DNA of 64,000 nt from Candidatus Caccopulliclostridium gallistercoris (GTDB lineage: Bacteria > Bacillota > Clostridia > Christensenellales > UBA1242). Below are positions 36,294-45,012 of the stretch, in pieces. How positions within the stretch are numbered: position 1 is the stretch's first letter; each line of letters begins with the position of its first letter. A program made the position numbers and the translations under genes. The DNA is taken from contig DVOJ01000007.1 in NCBI GenBank assembly GCA_018713725.1, positions 2,486 through 66,485 of the forward strand, read 5' to 3'. The notes below the pieces were generated by a model. That model was given only the letters and a program-made list of their open reading frames with translations. It did no database searches and was not told the origin of the DNA.

Positions 36294-36503
36294 ATGGCAA
36301 TGATTGAACCACCAATCGACGAGCTTGCAGGTAAATTTGGCGGGAATAAATATAAGCTTAGTTGCGTTCTTTCTAAGCGCGCAAAAGAGCTTGAAAAACG
36401 TATTCCAGCTGAAATTGAAAAGAGCGATAAAAAAGCTATCAGCCTAGCAGCCGACGAGATTATGAGAGGAGAAGTTATCTCTTCGGATTCAGACCAAGAA
36501 TAA
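36294..36503 (+). CDS. rpoZ: DNA-directed RNA polymerase subunit omega
   Basis: 69 aa counted from the ATG at 36294 (GAGGTG SD). The segment IEPPIDELAGKFGGNKYKLSCVLSKRAKEL supports the call. Confidence 0.8.
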   Translation: MAMIEPPIDELAGKFGGNKYKLSCVLSKRAKELEKRIPAEIEKSDKKAISLAADEIMRGEVISSDSDQE

Positions 36504-36539
36504 TTTTTTGGCTAATTTAACAAGAAAGGAGTTGATAAA

Positions 36540-36740
36540 ATGGCAGTACCAAAGGGAAAAGTTTCCAAGGCTAGAAGAAATACTAGAAATTCCGCAAATT
36601 ATAAGGCTGGCACTGTTACACTTGTTGAGTGTCCACATTGCCACGAGCTTAAAGCTCCACACAAAGTTTGCAAAGCTTGCGGAATGTACGACGGAAAGAA
36701 AGTTGTAGAAACAGAGAAAAAAGAAAAAAAGGCTAATTAA
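36540..36740 (+). CDS. rpmF: 50S ribosomal protein L32
   Basis: MAVPKGKVSKARRNTR with the zinc-ribbon pattern CPHC...CKAC. Confidence 0.93.
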   Translation: MAVPKGKVSKARRNTRNSANYKAGTVTLVECPHCHELKAPHKVCKACGMYDGKKVVETEKKEKKAN

Positions 36741-36742
36741 AG

Positions 36743-37075
36743 ATGTGTGTATTTTGTGATATAATTGCTGGCAAAATCCCGTCTACTAAGCATTATGAAG
36801 ACGAAAACTTTATAATAATAGACGATATAAGCCACAAAGCAAAAAAACATTATTTAATAATTCCAAAAGTTCATTACGAACATTTTGAAGACCAAAAGCC
36901 CGAAGATGCAGCAAACCTTGGAAATATAATAAAAAAGCTTCCAAGCCTAATAAAAAAGCTTGGCTTTGAAAACGGTTTTAGATTAATTATGAACCAAGGC
37001 GAAGCTGGCGGGCCAATGATAAACCACTTACACGTTCACATACTAGGGGGAGAAAAACTTCCCGACGCACCATAA
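36743..37075 (+). CDS. HIT (histidine triad) family protein
   Basis: CVFCDIIAGKIPS and HLHVHILGG motifs. Confidence 0.9.
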   Translation: MCVFCDIIAGKIPSTKHYEDENFIIIDDISHKAKKHYLIIPKVHYEHFEDQKPEDAANLGNIIKKLPSLIKKLGFENGFRLIMNQGEAGGPMINHLHVHILGGEKLPDAP

Positions 37076-37112
37076 AAGCAAAATATAAAACTAAAAGGCG
37101 GTGAAAACAAGA

Positions 37113-37295
37113 ATGACCACAGTTAAGGTTGGCGAAAATGAAAGCTTAGAGAGCGCACTTAAACGTTTTAAAAGAAAGTGTCAAAAAGACGGCATAATAG
37201 GTGACATTAGAAGAAAAGAAGCATACGACAAGCCAAGTGTTGCCAAGAAGAAAAAACGTGAAGCCGCTAGAAAGAAAGCAAGAAAACATATGTAA
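37113..37295 (+). CDS. rpsU: 30S ribosomal protein S21
   Basis: TTVKVGENESLESALKRFKRKCQKDG. I prefer the ATG at 37113 over the GTG at 37101. Confidence 0.9.
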   Translation: MTTVKVGENESLESALKRFKRKCQKDGIIGDIRRKEAYDKPSVAKKKKREAARKKARKHM

Positions 37296-37303
37296 TTAAA
37301 ATG

Positions 37304-37328
37304 GAAGCTGGATAGCAGCTTCTTTTTA
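37304..37328 (+). terminator. intrinsic terminator after rpsU
   Basis: gaagctg-gatag-cagcttc followed by tttttatt. Confidence 0.65.
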
Positions 37329-37503
37329 TTATATAAAATTTACTATAAAAATCTTTTACTCTTTTAACTTTTTCACTTTACAAATTTATTTTTATATGCT
37401 ATTATACCTTTGGCTTTAAGCTGAGTTTGCTCGCAATTTTTGTTATTCTCTTAACGGCTTACTCGGTTTTTAGGGTCTAAACTATAAAAGGAGAATGTTT
37501 TTC

Positions 37504-37758
37504 ATGAAAGAAAAAAAGGAAATTATCGAATCTTACAAGCAGTCTGAAAACGATACAGGTTCTGTAAACGTTCAAGTGGCTCTTCTTACTGAAAGAATTA
37601 ATCACTTAACAGAACACTTAAAGGCTAACCCAAACGATAACCACTCAAGACGCGGCCTTTTACAGCTTGTTGGTAGAAGAAAAGGGCTTTTAAAATATCT
37701 TGAAAAGAAAGATATTGAAGCTTACCGTGAACTTAAAAAATCTTTAAATATAAGATAA
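37504..37758 (+). CDS. rpsO: 30S ribosomal protein S15
   Basis: The segment [35 protein letters not shown] supports the call. The ATG at 37504 follows an AAAGGAGA SD. Confidence 0.93.
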   Translation: MKEKKEIIESYKQSENDTGSVNVQVALLTERINHLTEHLKANPNDNHSRRGLLQLVGRRKGLLKYLEKKDIEAYRELKKSLNIR

Positions 37759-37769
37759 ATATGCATTAT

Positions 37770-37805
37770 GCCTAAAAGCAGGAGTTGACTGTTTTTAGGC
37801 GTTTT
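37770..37805 (+). terminator. rpsO terminator / pnp leader hairpin
   Basis: gcctaaaagc ... gtttttaggc is a 10-bp stem with one mismatch, followed by gtttt. It contains a 19-mer that is also present at 1-19. Confidence 0.55.
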
Positions 37806-37882
37806 ACAGTAAACGCATAGAGTTATGCATGCTTAACTTTCGCGGTTTCAAGGCAGGGTGATAAATTAAATTAGGAGATTTT

Positions 37883-39967
37883 ATGGAAAATCATATTTTT
37901 GAAACAGAAATTGGCGGTAAAAAGGTTACCGTTGAAACGGGCAGGTACTGCGAGCAAGCAGACGGCACCTGCTGGGTAAAATGCGGTGAAACCGTAATTA
38001 TGGTAAACGTTACCATGGCAGAGCAGCCACGTCCGGGCATAGATTTTTTCCCACTCGGCGTAGATTTTGAAGAAAAAATGTACTCCGTTGGAAAAATCCC
38101 AGGCGGCTTTAAAAAGAGAGAAGGTAGACCTTCCGACAAGGCTATTTTAACGTCAAGACTTATAGACAGACCACTTCGTCCACTTTTCCCAAAGGGCTTT
38201 TTTAACGATGTTAGCGTTGTAGCAACAGCACTTTCAATCGACCCAGACGTAGCACCTGAGCCACTTGCAATGCTTGGTTCTAGTTTTGCGCTAACTATTT
38301 CCGGCATACCATTTGCTGGTCCAACAGGCTCTGTGAACGTAGCTCTTATAGACGGCAAATATATAGCCAACCCAAATAATGAAGAGCGCGAAAAGAGCAG
38401 AATGAGCTTAACCGTAAGCGGAACAAGAGATGCCGTTTTAATGGTTGAAGCTGGCGCCAAGGAAGTTACGGAAGAAGAAATGCTCGGCGGAATTATGTTT
38501 GCGCACGACATTATTAAAAAGCTTGTAGACTTCCAATTAAAAGCAAAGGAAGAAATTGGCAAAGCTCCAAAAGAAGTGGAGTATTATGTAATAGACAAGG
38601 AACTAGAAGACGCAGTTCGTGCTTATGCTAGTGAAAAATTAGATTACGCCTTAGACACTTTTGATAGGCAAGAACGTCAGACACGTCAAGACGAAGTGGA
38701 TAAAGACGTAAAAGAACATTTTGCTGAAACCTTCCCAGAAAAAGAAAGGGAAATCGGCGATGTGCTCTATAAGATGACAAAGGAAAAGGTTAGAGCAAAA
38801 ATCTTAAATAAGGGTATACGTCCAGACGGAAGAAAATTAACGGATATTCGTCCTATTTGGTGCGATGCGGGCGTGCTTCCACGCGTTCACGGCACTGGCG
38901 TGTTCACACGTGGGCAAACACAAGTTTTAACAACATTAACACTTGGCACAATAAGTGATGCTCAAAAACTTGAAGGCTTAGACGACGAAGAAGTAAAGCG
39001 CTACGTACACCACTACAATATGCCTCCATATTCAACAGGAGAAGCTCGCCAATTAAAGAGCCCAGGAAGAAGAGAGATAGGCCACGGTGCACTTGCAGAA
39101 AGGGCGTTAGAGCCAGTTATTCCAAGTGAAGAAGAGTTCCCATACGCATTAAGGCTTGTAAGTGAAGTTTTAAGCTCAAACGGCTCATCATCTATGGCAA
39201 GCGTGTGCGGTTCAACACTTGCACTTATGGACGGCGGCGTTCAAATTAAAGCCCCAGTTGCAGGAATTGCAATGGGTTTAATCAAGGACGACGAAAGCGG
39301 TAAAGTAGCAGTTCTATCCGATATCCAAGGCTTAGAAGATTTCCTTGGCGATATGGACTTTAAGGTTGCAGGTACAACAAAGGGTATTACAGCTATTCAA
39401 ATGGATATAAAAATTAAGGGCATAGACGAAAATATTTTAAGAACAGCCCTAGAACAAGCTCGTCAAGGTAGGCTCTACATTCTAGACAAGATGCTTGCCG
39501 TAATAGACAAGCCACGTGCTGAAATATCTAAGTACGCACCAAAAATTATAACCTTTACAATTAATCCGGATAAGATTAAAGATGTTATTGGTTCCGGCGG
39601 AAAGACAATTAACAATATTATTGAAGAAACCGGCGTAAAGATTGATATAGAAGACGATGGACAAGTGTTCATAGCAACACCAGATTCCGACATGGCAGAA
39701 AAAGCTAAACAAATAATTTTAAATATAGCTGAAGACCTAGAAGTTGGAAAAATCTACTCAGGTAAAGTTGCAAGAATAATGAACTTCGGTGCTTTTGTGG
39801 ACATAGCTCCGGGAAAGGAAGGCATGATTCACATCAGCAAACTTTCTTCTAAACGTGTAGAAAAAGTAGAAGACGTTGTAAACATTGGCGACGAAGTAGA
39901 AGTTGAAGTTATTAAAATTGATAATAAGGGTAGAGTAGACTTAAAACTTGTTGCTGTTAGTAAATAA
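37883..39967 (+). CDS. pnp: polynucleotide phosphorylase
   Basis: 694 aa with two RNase PH domains, a KH domain and a C-terminal S1 domain (GKVARIMNFGAFVDI). Confidence 0.96.
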   Translation: MENHIFETEIGGKKVTVETGRYCEQADGTCWVKCGETVIMVNVTMAEQPRPGIDFFPLGVDFEEKMYSVGKIPGGFKKREGRPSDKAILTSRLIDRPLRPLFPKGFFNDVSVVATALSIDPDVAPEPLAMLGSSFALTISGIPFAGPTGSVNVALIDGKYIANPNNEEREKSRMSLTVSGTRDAVLMVEAGAKEVTEEEMLGGIMFAHDIIKKLVDFQLKAKEEIGKAPKEVEYYVIDKELEDAVRAYASEKLDYALDTFDRQERQTRQDEVDKDVKEHFAETFPEKEREIGDVLYKMTKEKVRAKILNKGIRPDGRKLTDIRPIWCDAGVLPRVHGTGVFTRGQTQVLTTLTLGTISDAQKLEGLDDEEVKRYVHHYNMPPYSTGEARQLKSPGRREIGHGALAERALEPVIPSEEEFPYALRLVSEVLSSNGSSSMASVCGSTLALMDGGVQIKAPVAGIAMGLIKDDESGKVAVLSDIQGLEDFLGDMDFKVAGTTKGITAIQMDIKIKGIDENILRTALEQARQGRLYILDKMLAVIDKPRAEISKYAPKIITFTINPDKIKDVIGSGGKTINNIIEETGVKIDIEDDGQVFIATPDSDMAEKAKQIILNIAEDLEVGKIYSGKVARIMNFGAFVDIAPGKEGMIHISKLSSKRVEKVEDVVNIGDEVEVEVIKIDNKGRVDLKLVAVSK

Positions 39968-40000
39968 AATAAACGGCGCATAGCGGCGTTACTGCCAAAC

Positions 40001-40044
40001 GAGACTAGACAGTTACGTACGTAGGTACGCGCCTGCCTAGTCTC
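40001..40044 (+). repeat. hairpin with a conserved 28-nt core (copy 2)
   Basis: Arms gagactag / ctagtctc flank the identical core acagttacgtacgtaggtacgcgcctgc. As in copy 1, it is followed by the attt-gagccttgct motif. Confidence 0.8.
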
Positions 40045-40225
40045 ATTTGTCGAGCCTTGCTCTGCTTGTTTATTTTTCTTACTAACCATTCTTTAAAATT
40101 TTCAAATAAAAGTAAAAAATACACTCTTGAATTTTCAAGAGTGTTGTTTTTTGCTGTAAACTAATTTTTTAAAATGCTTAACTAAAAACTGCAAATTTAA
40201 TTGCAGTGCTAGTGTTTTTAAATAG

Positions 40226-40429
40226 TTATGCTACAAATAGTACGTCAGGAGTGATTTCTAACGCATTACATATTGCAAATAATGAAGTTAACGAAATGTT
40301 CATTTTTGCGTTTTCTACTTTGTGAATGTAACTTGGATCCTTTTCAATTTTTAATGATAGGGCGTAAGCTGACATTCCTTTTTCTTGTCTTATTTTTGCT
40401 AGTTTTTGACCAAATTCTTTTAAATCCAT
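40226..40429 (-). CDS. XRE-family HTH transcriptional regulator, 67 aa
   Basis: FGQKLAKIRQEKGMSAYALSLKIEKDPSYIHKVENAK is a classic HTH_3 pattern. Confidence 0.8.
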   Translation of the reverse strand: MDLKEFGQKLAKIRQEKGMSAYALSLKIEKDPSYIHKVENAKMNISLTSLFAICNALEITPDVLFVA

Positions 40430-40641
40430 AATTTTACCTCTTATTTTTATTTACAGAATTTCGTAAACTCTATAATTATTATAATGCAATTTTTTAACCC
40501 AATAATTGACTAATATTCACATTATATGCATTTTTTTACAAAAAGCAAGTTATTTTTATCTATTTTTTAATTTTTTCAAAAAAATTTCTAAGAATTGAAG
40601 TGTTTTAGCATTAATAACTTTTTGTTTTCATAATTTAAAGT

Positions 40642-41391
40642 ATGAAATTAATTGTAATGCATCAGAACAATAGTAGCTTAAATTCTAAGGCAAGGCGTTT
40701 TAGAAACGTATTTGCAAATGTTGTAATTTCGCTAATGCTTGTGGGGGTGTTTGCGCTAACTTATGCAGGCGGAGTGCTAAACGTGTTCAGTTCTAGCGGG
40801 GATAGCTTTGCTATATATCATGGCAACACGGAAAATAAAAACGTTAGCTTAATGATTAACGTTTATTGGGGAACGGAATATTTAGAACCTATGCTTGATG
40901 TTTTAAAAGAAAAGAATGCAAAGTGTACCTTTTTTGTAGGTGGCATGTGGGCTTCTAACAATGAAGAGCTTATGAAAAAAATTTTAGATGGCGGACATGA
41001 GCTTGGTAATCATGGCTATTATCATAAAGACCACGATAAAATTTCTAAGGAAAAGAACGAGCAAGAAATTTATCAGACGCATGAAATTGTGAAGGCGTTA
41101 ACGGGTGTTGAAATGAACTTGTTTGCTCCGCCAAGCGGCGCGTATAATCAAACTACGTTAGACGTTGCAAAAACTTATGGCTATCAAACTATAATGTGGA
41201 CTAAGGATACTATAGATTGGCGTGACAAGGTCGCTAAAACTATATACGATAGGGCGGTGGCTAATCCGCAGAACGGGGATTTAATTTTAATGCATCCAAC
41301 TGAAAAAACATTAGAAGTGTTTGGAGATATTATAGACTTTTATCAAGAAAACGGTTTTAATGTAGTTACTGTTTCTGAAAATATTGCATAG
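40642..41391 (+). CDS. membrane-anchored polysaccharide deacetylase (NodB homology domain, PdaB-like)
   Basis: 249 aa. TM anchor, then KCTFFVGGMW, GHELGNHGYYH and LILMHP motifs. Confidence 0.8.
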   Translation: MKLIVMHQNNSSLNSKARRFRNVFANVVISLMLVGVFALTYAGGVLNVFSSSGDSFAIYHGNTENKNVSLMINVYWGTEYLEPMLDVLKEKNAKCTFFVGGMWASNNEELMKKILDGGHELGNHGYYHKDHDKISKEKNEQEIYQTHEIVKALTGVEMNLFAPPSGAYNQTTLDVAKTYGYQTIMWTKDTIDWRDKVAKTIYDRAVANPQNGDLILMHPTEKTLEVFGDIIDFYQENGFNVVTVSENIA

Positions 41392-41397
41392 CGAAGC

Positions 41398-41481
41398 GAA
41401 AGGCGCAGCCCGCCCGTAAGGGCGGGCAATGCCGCTTAAAGCGGCATTAAATTTTGGCATAAGCCAAAATTTGCGCCTTTC
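41398..41481. other. 84-nt perfectly paired four-way junction (cloverleaf-like) element
   Basis: The closing stem gaaaggcgca/tgcgcctttc encloses three abutting hairpins: gcccgccc-gtaa-gggcgggc, aatgccgc-ttaaa-gcggcatt and aaattttggc-ataa-gccaaaattt. The element is preceded by gcgaagc and followed by tattttt. Confidence 0.7.
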
Positions 41482-41525
41482 TATTTTTCACGTTTAAGAT
41501 ATTCAAAAATGGCAATATTTAATGC

Positions 41526-41897
41526 ATGGAAATGTTTTTAAATTATTTGTGGGTATTTTTAATAGGCGGCTTTATATGTATGATAGGGCAAATTTTAATA
41601 ATAAGAACTAATATAACGTCAGCTAGAATTTTAGTTACTTTTGTTTTAATAGGTGTAATTTTAGAGGCTGTAGGAATATTTGAACCCATTTCAGCTTTTG
41701 CAAAAGCGGGCATAAACGTGCCAATTATAGGGTTTGGAGCGTCGCTTGCTAAGGGTGCTATTGCAGGCGTGGAAGCTCGCGGACTTATAGGCGCATTTAC
41801 TGGTGGCTTAGAAGCTGTTGCGGGTGGGATAGCGGCAGCGGTTGGTTTTGCATTTTTGTTTGCTCTCATATTTCACGCACATACAAAAAAGAATTAA
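41526..41897 (+). CDS. spoVAE: stage V sporulation protein AE (SpoVAC/SpoVAEB family)
   Basis: 123 aa. The segments FLIGGFICMIGQILI, VPIIGFGASLAKG and GLIGAFTGGLEAVAGGIAAA are typical of SpoVAEB. Confidence 0.75.
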   Translation: MEMFLNYLWVFLIGGFICMIGQILIIRTNITSARILVTFVLIGVILEAVGIFEPISAFAKAGINVPIIGFGASLAKGAIAGVEARGLIGAFTGGLEAVAGGIAAAVGFAFLFALIFHAHTKKN

Positions 41898-41966
41898 AAT
41901 ATGTATTGCAAATTTTTTCAAGGTGTGATATAGTTTAAGTGAAAAGAATTTTGCGGAGGGTGAATT

Positions 41967-43202
41967 ATGGCAAAATTTAGCGTAAAAAAAGCATTAGCAG
42001 TAGTTGGCTGTTTAACAGCTTTGGGCGCTGGTGTGTTTTTCGGAATAGATGCAGTATCTGATGATTTTAATGTAGTGTTTTATCCAGAAACAACTATAAC
42101 AAGACCAACACCAGATCCAACACCAGATCCAATACCAGTACCAGACCCAACTCCAGTTGTAGTTCAGCTTGCAGCGCCAGCAGTTACATACGACCAAGAA
42201 ACAAATCTTTTATCTTGGAGCGAAGTAGATAACGCTTCAGGTTATAGGGTAATGGTAAATGGGCAGACGAAAGATTACGGAGCAGACACAACAGAATTAG
42301 AAGTAACCATAGACGAAGGCGACTCTTATACCATGTCTGTTCAAGCATTAGGTGACGGAGAAAATTATTCAAACAGTGAAATCTCCACCATAACCGGCGA
42401 GCGCGAAAACCTAGACCAAATGTATTACGAGCAGATTAAAACAGATTTAAAGGAAATTATAGAAGGTAAAACAATTGCATTTGCAAAATATAGCATTCAA
42501 GATTTTTTAAATATAGATTTCCAAGAAAATAATTTACTTGTTACAGCTAAATGTTACTCTAATCAAGGAACAAGTGCTGTATATACAACATTTGCTTTTA
42601 AATTAAATAATCAACACGAAGTTAACACTATTTCTGATATAGCAGATATTGTTAATGAAATTAAGTCCGATTCTACAATAAGGATATCATTACAAAACAC
42701 GCATTATGCAAGTTATGATTATAATTTAGATTGCTATAATAAATTAATTGAAGATACAAAATTAACTGGACAATTAAAAAACTATTTAGATAATGGTTAT
42801 GAGCCTACATTATTATATTCGTGTGTAGGTAGAGGAAATCAAGTAGATAATTTTGCTGTTGATTCCTATATCAAATTAACTAAAGGTAACGATATAAAAG
42901 TTGTAACAGTTCAAAATATTGTATCTCAAAAATATAATGATTCATATGCATTTGATGGTTACGTAAATGCTTATATTAATGGCACGGCAGAAGATGTTAC
43001 AATTGAAGAAACGTCTTTTACTGAAGCATCTCCAGTATCTTCTATATGGCAAGCAGCAAATGATAAATACGGGATTCAAGAGCCGCAAGTAACAAATAAT
43101 AAAAACTTAAACAATATAAAATATGAATCTATGATAATTTCGCAAAACGGAAAGCAATATAAACTTACTTATCCAGTAGACGATTATACAATAGAGTTTT
43201 AA
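41967..43202 (+). CDS. cell-surface protein: signal/lipobox, Pro-Thr-Asp linker, Fn3-like domain, AT-rich C-terminal domain
   Basis: 411 aa with a GGAGGGTG SD. Possible lipobox at LAVVGC. PTPDPTPDPIPVPDPTP linker. The segment LSWSEVDNASGYRVMVNG suggests an Fn3-like domain. Composition drops sharply after about 42470. Confidence 0.7.
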   Translation: MAKFSVKKALAVVGCLTALGAGVFFGIDAVSDDFNVVFYPETTITRPTPDPTPDPIPVPDPTPVVVQLAAPAVTYDQETNLLSWSEVDNASGYRVMVNGQTKDYGADTTELEVTIDEGDSYTMSVQALGDGENYSNSEISTITGERENLDQMYYEQIKTDLKEIIEGKTIAFAKYSIQDFLNIDFQENNLLVTAKCYSNQGTSAVYTTFAFKLNNQHEVNTISDIADIVNEIKSDSTIRISLQNTHYASYDYNLDCYNKLIEDTKLTGQLKNYLDNGYEPTLLYSCVGRGNQVDNFAVDSYIKLTKGNDIKVVTVQNIVSQKYNDSYAFDGYVNAYINGTAEDVTIEETSFTEASPVSSIWQAANDKYGIQEPQVTNNKNLNNIKYESMIISQNGKQYKLTYPVDDYTIEF

Positions 43203-43203
43203 A

Positions 43204-43237
43204 GAAAAATGATTAGTTTAAAACTAATCATTTTTTA
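43204..43237. terminator. bidirectional terminator shared by convergent genes
   Basis: gaaaaa-tgattag-tttaaaa-ctaatca-tttttt. It overlaps the GNAT stop codon. Confidence 0.6.
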
Positions 43238-43691
43238 TTATTTTTCTGAAAGTAGATTTCAAATATTTAAAGTCACTTTTTTTATATAAATTAATAGCTG
43301 GTTCATTTTTGTTATAACAGCAAACTTCATAGTTATATATATTTTGAGATTTTAACCATTTTTCAAATTCCAATATCAATTTAGTAGCTAATCCATTTTT
43401 TCTGTAAGAATCTTTTATATACAATAATTCTAAACTTCCGAGTCCGTTTTTATAACAATAGTTAGGAGTATTTAAAATTTGCCCATATAAAAATCCTATA
43501 GCTATATTTTTATCCCATATTGTAAGCAAAATTGTCCCTTCAATTCCAATTTTGTTGTCAAAAAAATTATCTGGACATTCATTCAATGAATAATCATATT
43601 TTTTTTCGCTATAAAATAAATCTTTAAATAAGTTATTTATTTTTTCTAAATCTTTGTTATTATTAGTTATAAGTTTAATTTTCATATTCAT
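43224..43691 (-). CDS. GNAT-family N-acetyltransferase
   Basis: 155 aa. The segment LELLYIKDSYRKNGLATKLILEFEKWLKSQN matches the (R/Q)xxGxA motif A region. Very AT-rich. Confidence 0.75.
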   Translation of the reverse strand: MNMKIKLITNNNKDLEKINNLFKDLFYSEKKYDYSLNECPDNFFDNKIGIEGTILLTIWDKNIAIGFLYGQILNTPNYCYKNGLGSLELLYIKDSYRKNGLATKLILEFEKWLKSQNIYNYEVCCYNKNEPAINLYKKSDFKYLKSTFRKIIKND

Positions 43692-43737
43692 ATATTAGCA
43701 CTTTTGTAAAAAAAAATAAAGTATTTTGTAAATTTAT

Positions 43738-43766
43738 TTGATTTTTTACATTTTATCGTATATAAT
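43738..43766 (+). promoter_or_regulatory. promoter (TTGATT-17-TATAAT) of the peptide/rSAM cassette
   Basis: TTGATT at 43738-43743 and TATAAT at 43761-43766, followed by the AAAGGAG SD at 43774-43780. Confidence 0.55.
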
Positions 43767-43786
43767 CTAGGAAAAAGGAGTAAGGA

Positions 43787-43948
43787 ATGGATAAAATCTT
43801 AAGTAAATTCAAAAAAACAAGAATTAATGTTAATAAAAGTTTAAATGCTATCGAAAGCGAAAATGGAAAGGGTGCTATTTGTAAATGCCAGTGTGTAGGA
43901 AACAACTGTCAATGTGGAACGAGTAATCCAAATGAAAGAGAAATGTAA
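43787..43948 (+). CDS. 53-aa Cys-rich candidate RiPP precursor peptide (absent from the ORF track)
   Basis: The ATG is 7 nt after the AAAGGAG SD. The peptide is MDKILSKFKKTRINVNKSLNAIESENGKGAICKCQCVGNNCQCGTSNPNEREM, a basic leader followed by CKCQCVGNNCQCG. Its last 17 nt overlap the start of the rSAM gene. Confidence 0.65.
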   Translation: MDKILSKFKKTRINVNKSLNAIESENGKGAICKCQCVGNNCQCGTSNPNEREM

Positions 43949-44969
43949 GCTAAAACTTACAACTTGCTGGTTAAATATTAATAGATGTTGTAACTTGAGA
44001 TGTGAATGGTGTTATGCTAAAAACACTGGATTTGACCCCTATTCAAACATATCTTTAGATGATGCTAAAAAAACTATAAATTTAATTGCAGAGATAGGAA
44101 TAAACTCCGTTATTTTAATTGGGGGAGAACCTACTTTGCATCCTTTTTTATGTGAAATTATAAGGTACGCTAAAGATAAAAGCATGGTTGTTTCTATCGT
44201 TAGTAATGGTCTTAAATTTACTGACATGGACTTTTTACAAAAAGTTAAAGATTCAGGTTTAGACTTTATCAATCTTTCATTAAAAGGTGAAAACCAAAAT
44301 CAATTTCAAAATATTACTGGTGTTGATGCTTTTAATGAGGTTATGAATGCAATTAAGAACATTTCAAAATCAGGTATTGAGTTTAATGTAGCAATGGTAT
44401 TAACTTTAAAAAATATACATTCTTTTTTGAACGGGATAAAAGAAGCTAAAAGATATGGGTGTAATTTTTTTGATTTATCTTTTTGTTACAACTTAAATTT
44501 AGATGATAACAATAAGATTTTTTTAGAAGAAAATAATCCTAAAAAAATTATTGAAGAGTTTTCTAAAATTTATGATGAATTAAATAACATTACTAATGGG
44601 AAATTTGCTTTAGAACAATCTTTTCCATTATGTTTATGGAATAATAATGATGTAATACAAAAAATGATAGAAAGGAAGCAAATAAATACATTGTGTCAAT
44701 TATTGCAAAGACAAGGGTTAATTTTAGATGAAGAATTAAATGTGATTCCTTGTAATGTTTTACATATGTTAAAATTAGGAAATATTAAAGGTTTTACTAA
44801 TGGTAATGAAATTTTAAACTTAGTTAGGAAATCGGAAAGAATATATAATAGATTGACTGCTGTTCCATCAAAAAAATGCGTGAGTTGTAAAGATTATATA
44901 AGTTGTGGTGGTGGATGCCCAGTTCAATGGACCAATTATTCATTTAAAGAATTATTTAACAAATTATAG
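43932..44969 (+). CDS. radical SAM / SPASM-domain peptide-modifying enzyme
   Basis: 345 aa counted from the ATG at 43932 (an alternative GTG is at 43914). The CNLRCEWCY CX3CX2C cluster is at residues 20-27. GGEPTL motif. C-terminal CVSCKDYISCGGGCP SPASM cluster. There is no N-terminal RRE-sized extension. Confidence 0.85.
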   Translation: MKEKCKLKLTTCWLNINRCCNLRCEWCYAKNTGFDPYSNISLDDAKKTINLIAEIGINSVILIGGEPTLHPFLCEIIRYAKDKSMVVSIVSNGLKFTDMDFLQKVKDSGLDFINLSLKGENQNQFQNITGVDAFNEVMNAIKNISKSGIEFNVAMVLTLKNIHSFLNGIKEAKRYGCNFFDLSFCYNLNLDDNNKIFLEENNPKKIIEEFSKIYDELNNITNGKFALEQSFPLCLWNNNDVIQKMIERKQINTLCQLLQRQGLILDEELNVIPCNVLHMLKLGNIKGFTNGNEILNLVRKSERIYNRLTAVPSKKCVSCKDYISCGGGCPVQWTNYSFKELFNKL

Positions 44970-45012
44970 ATATCGCTTGATAAATTCATAATAACTTGTT
45001 AAAATAATAACA

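Noticed and set aside
36508-36708. 66-aa + strand ORF overlapping rpmF in another frame
   Set aside because: The L32 frame has the canonical MAVPKGKVSKARR sequence and an SD. The alternative frame has neither.
37891-38562. 223-aa minus-strand ORF, plus others at 38904-39092, 39475-39712 and 39829-40089
   Set aside because: They are fully antisense to the well-supported pnp gene. The composition is Ser/Pro-rich, as expected of a reverse-frame artefact.
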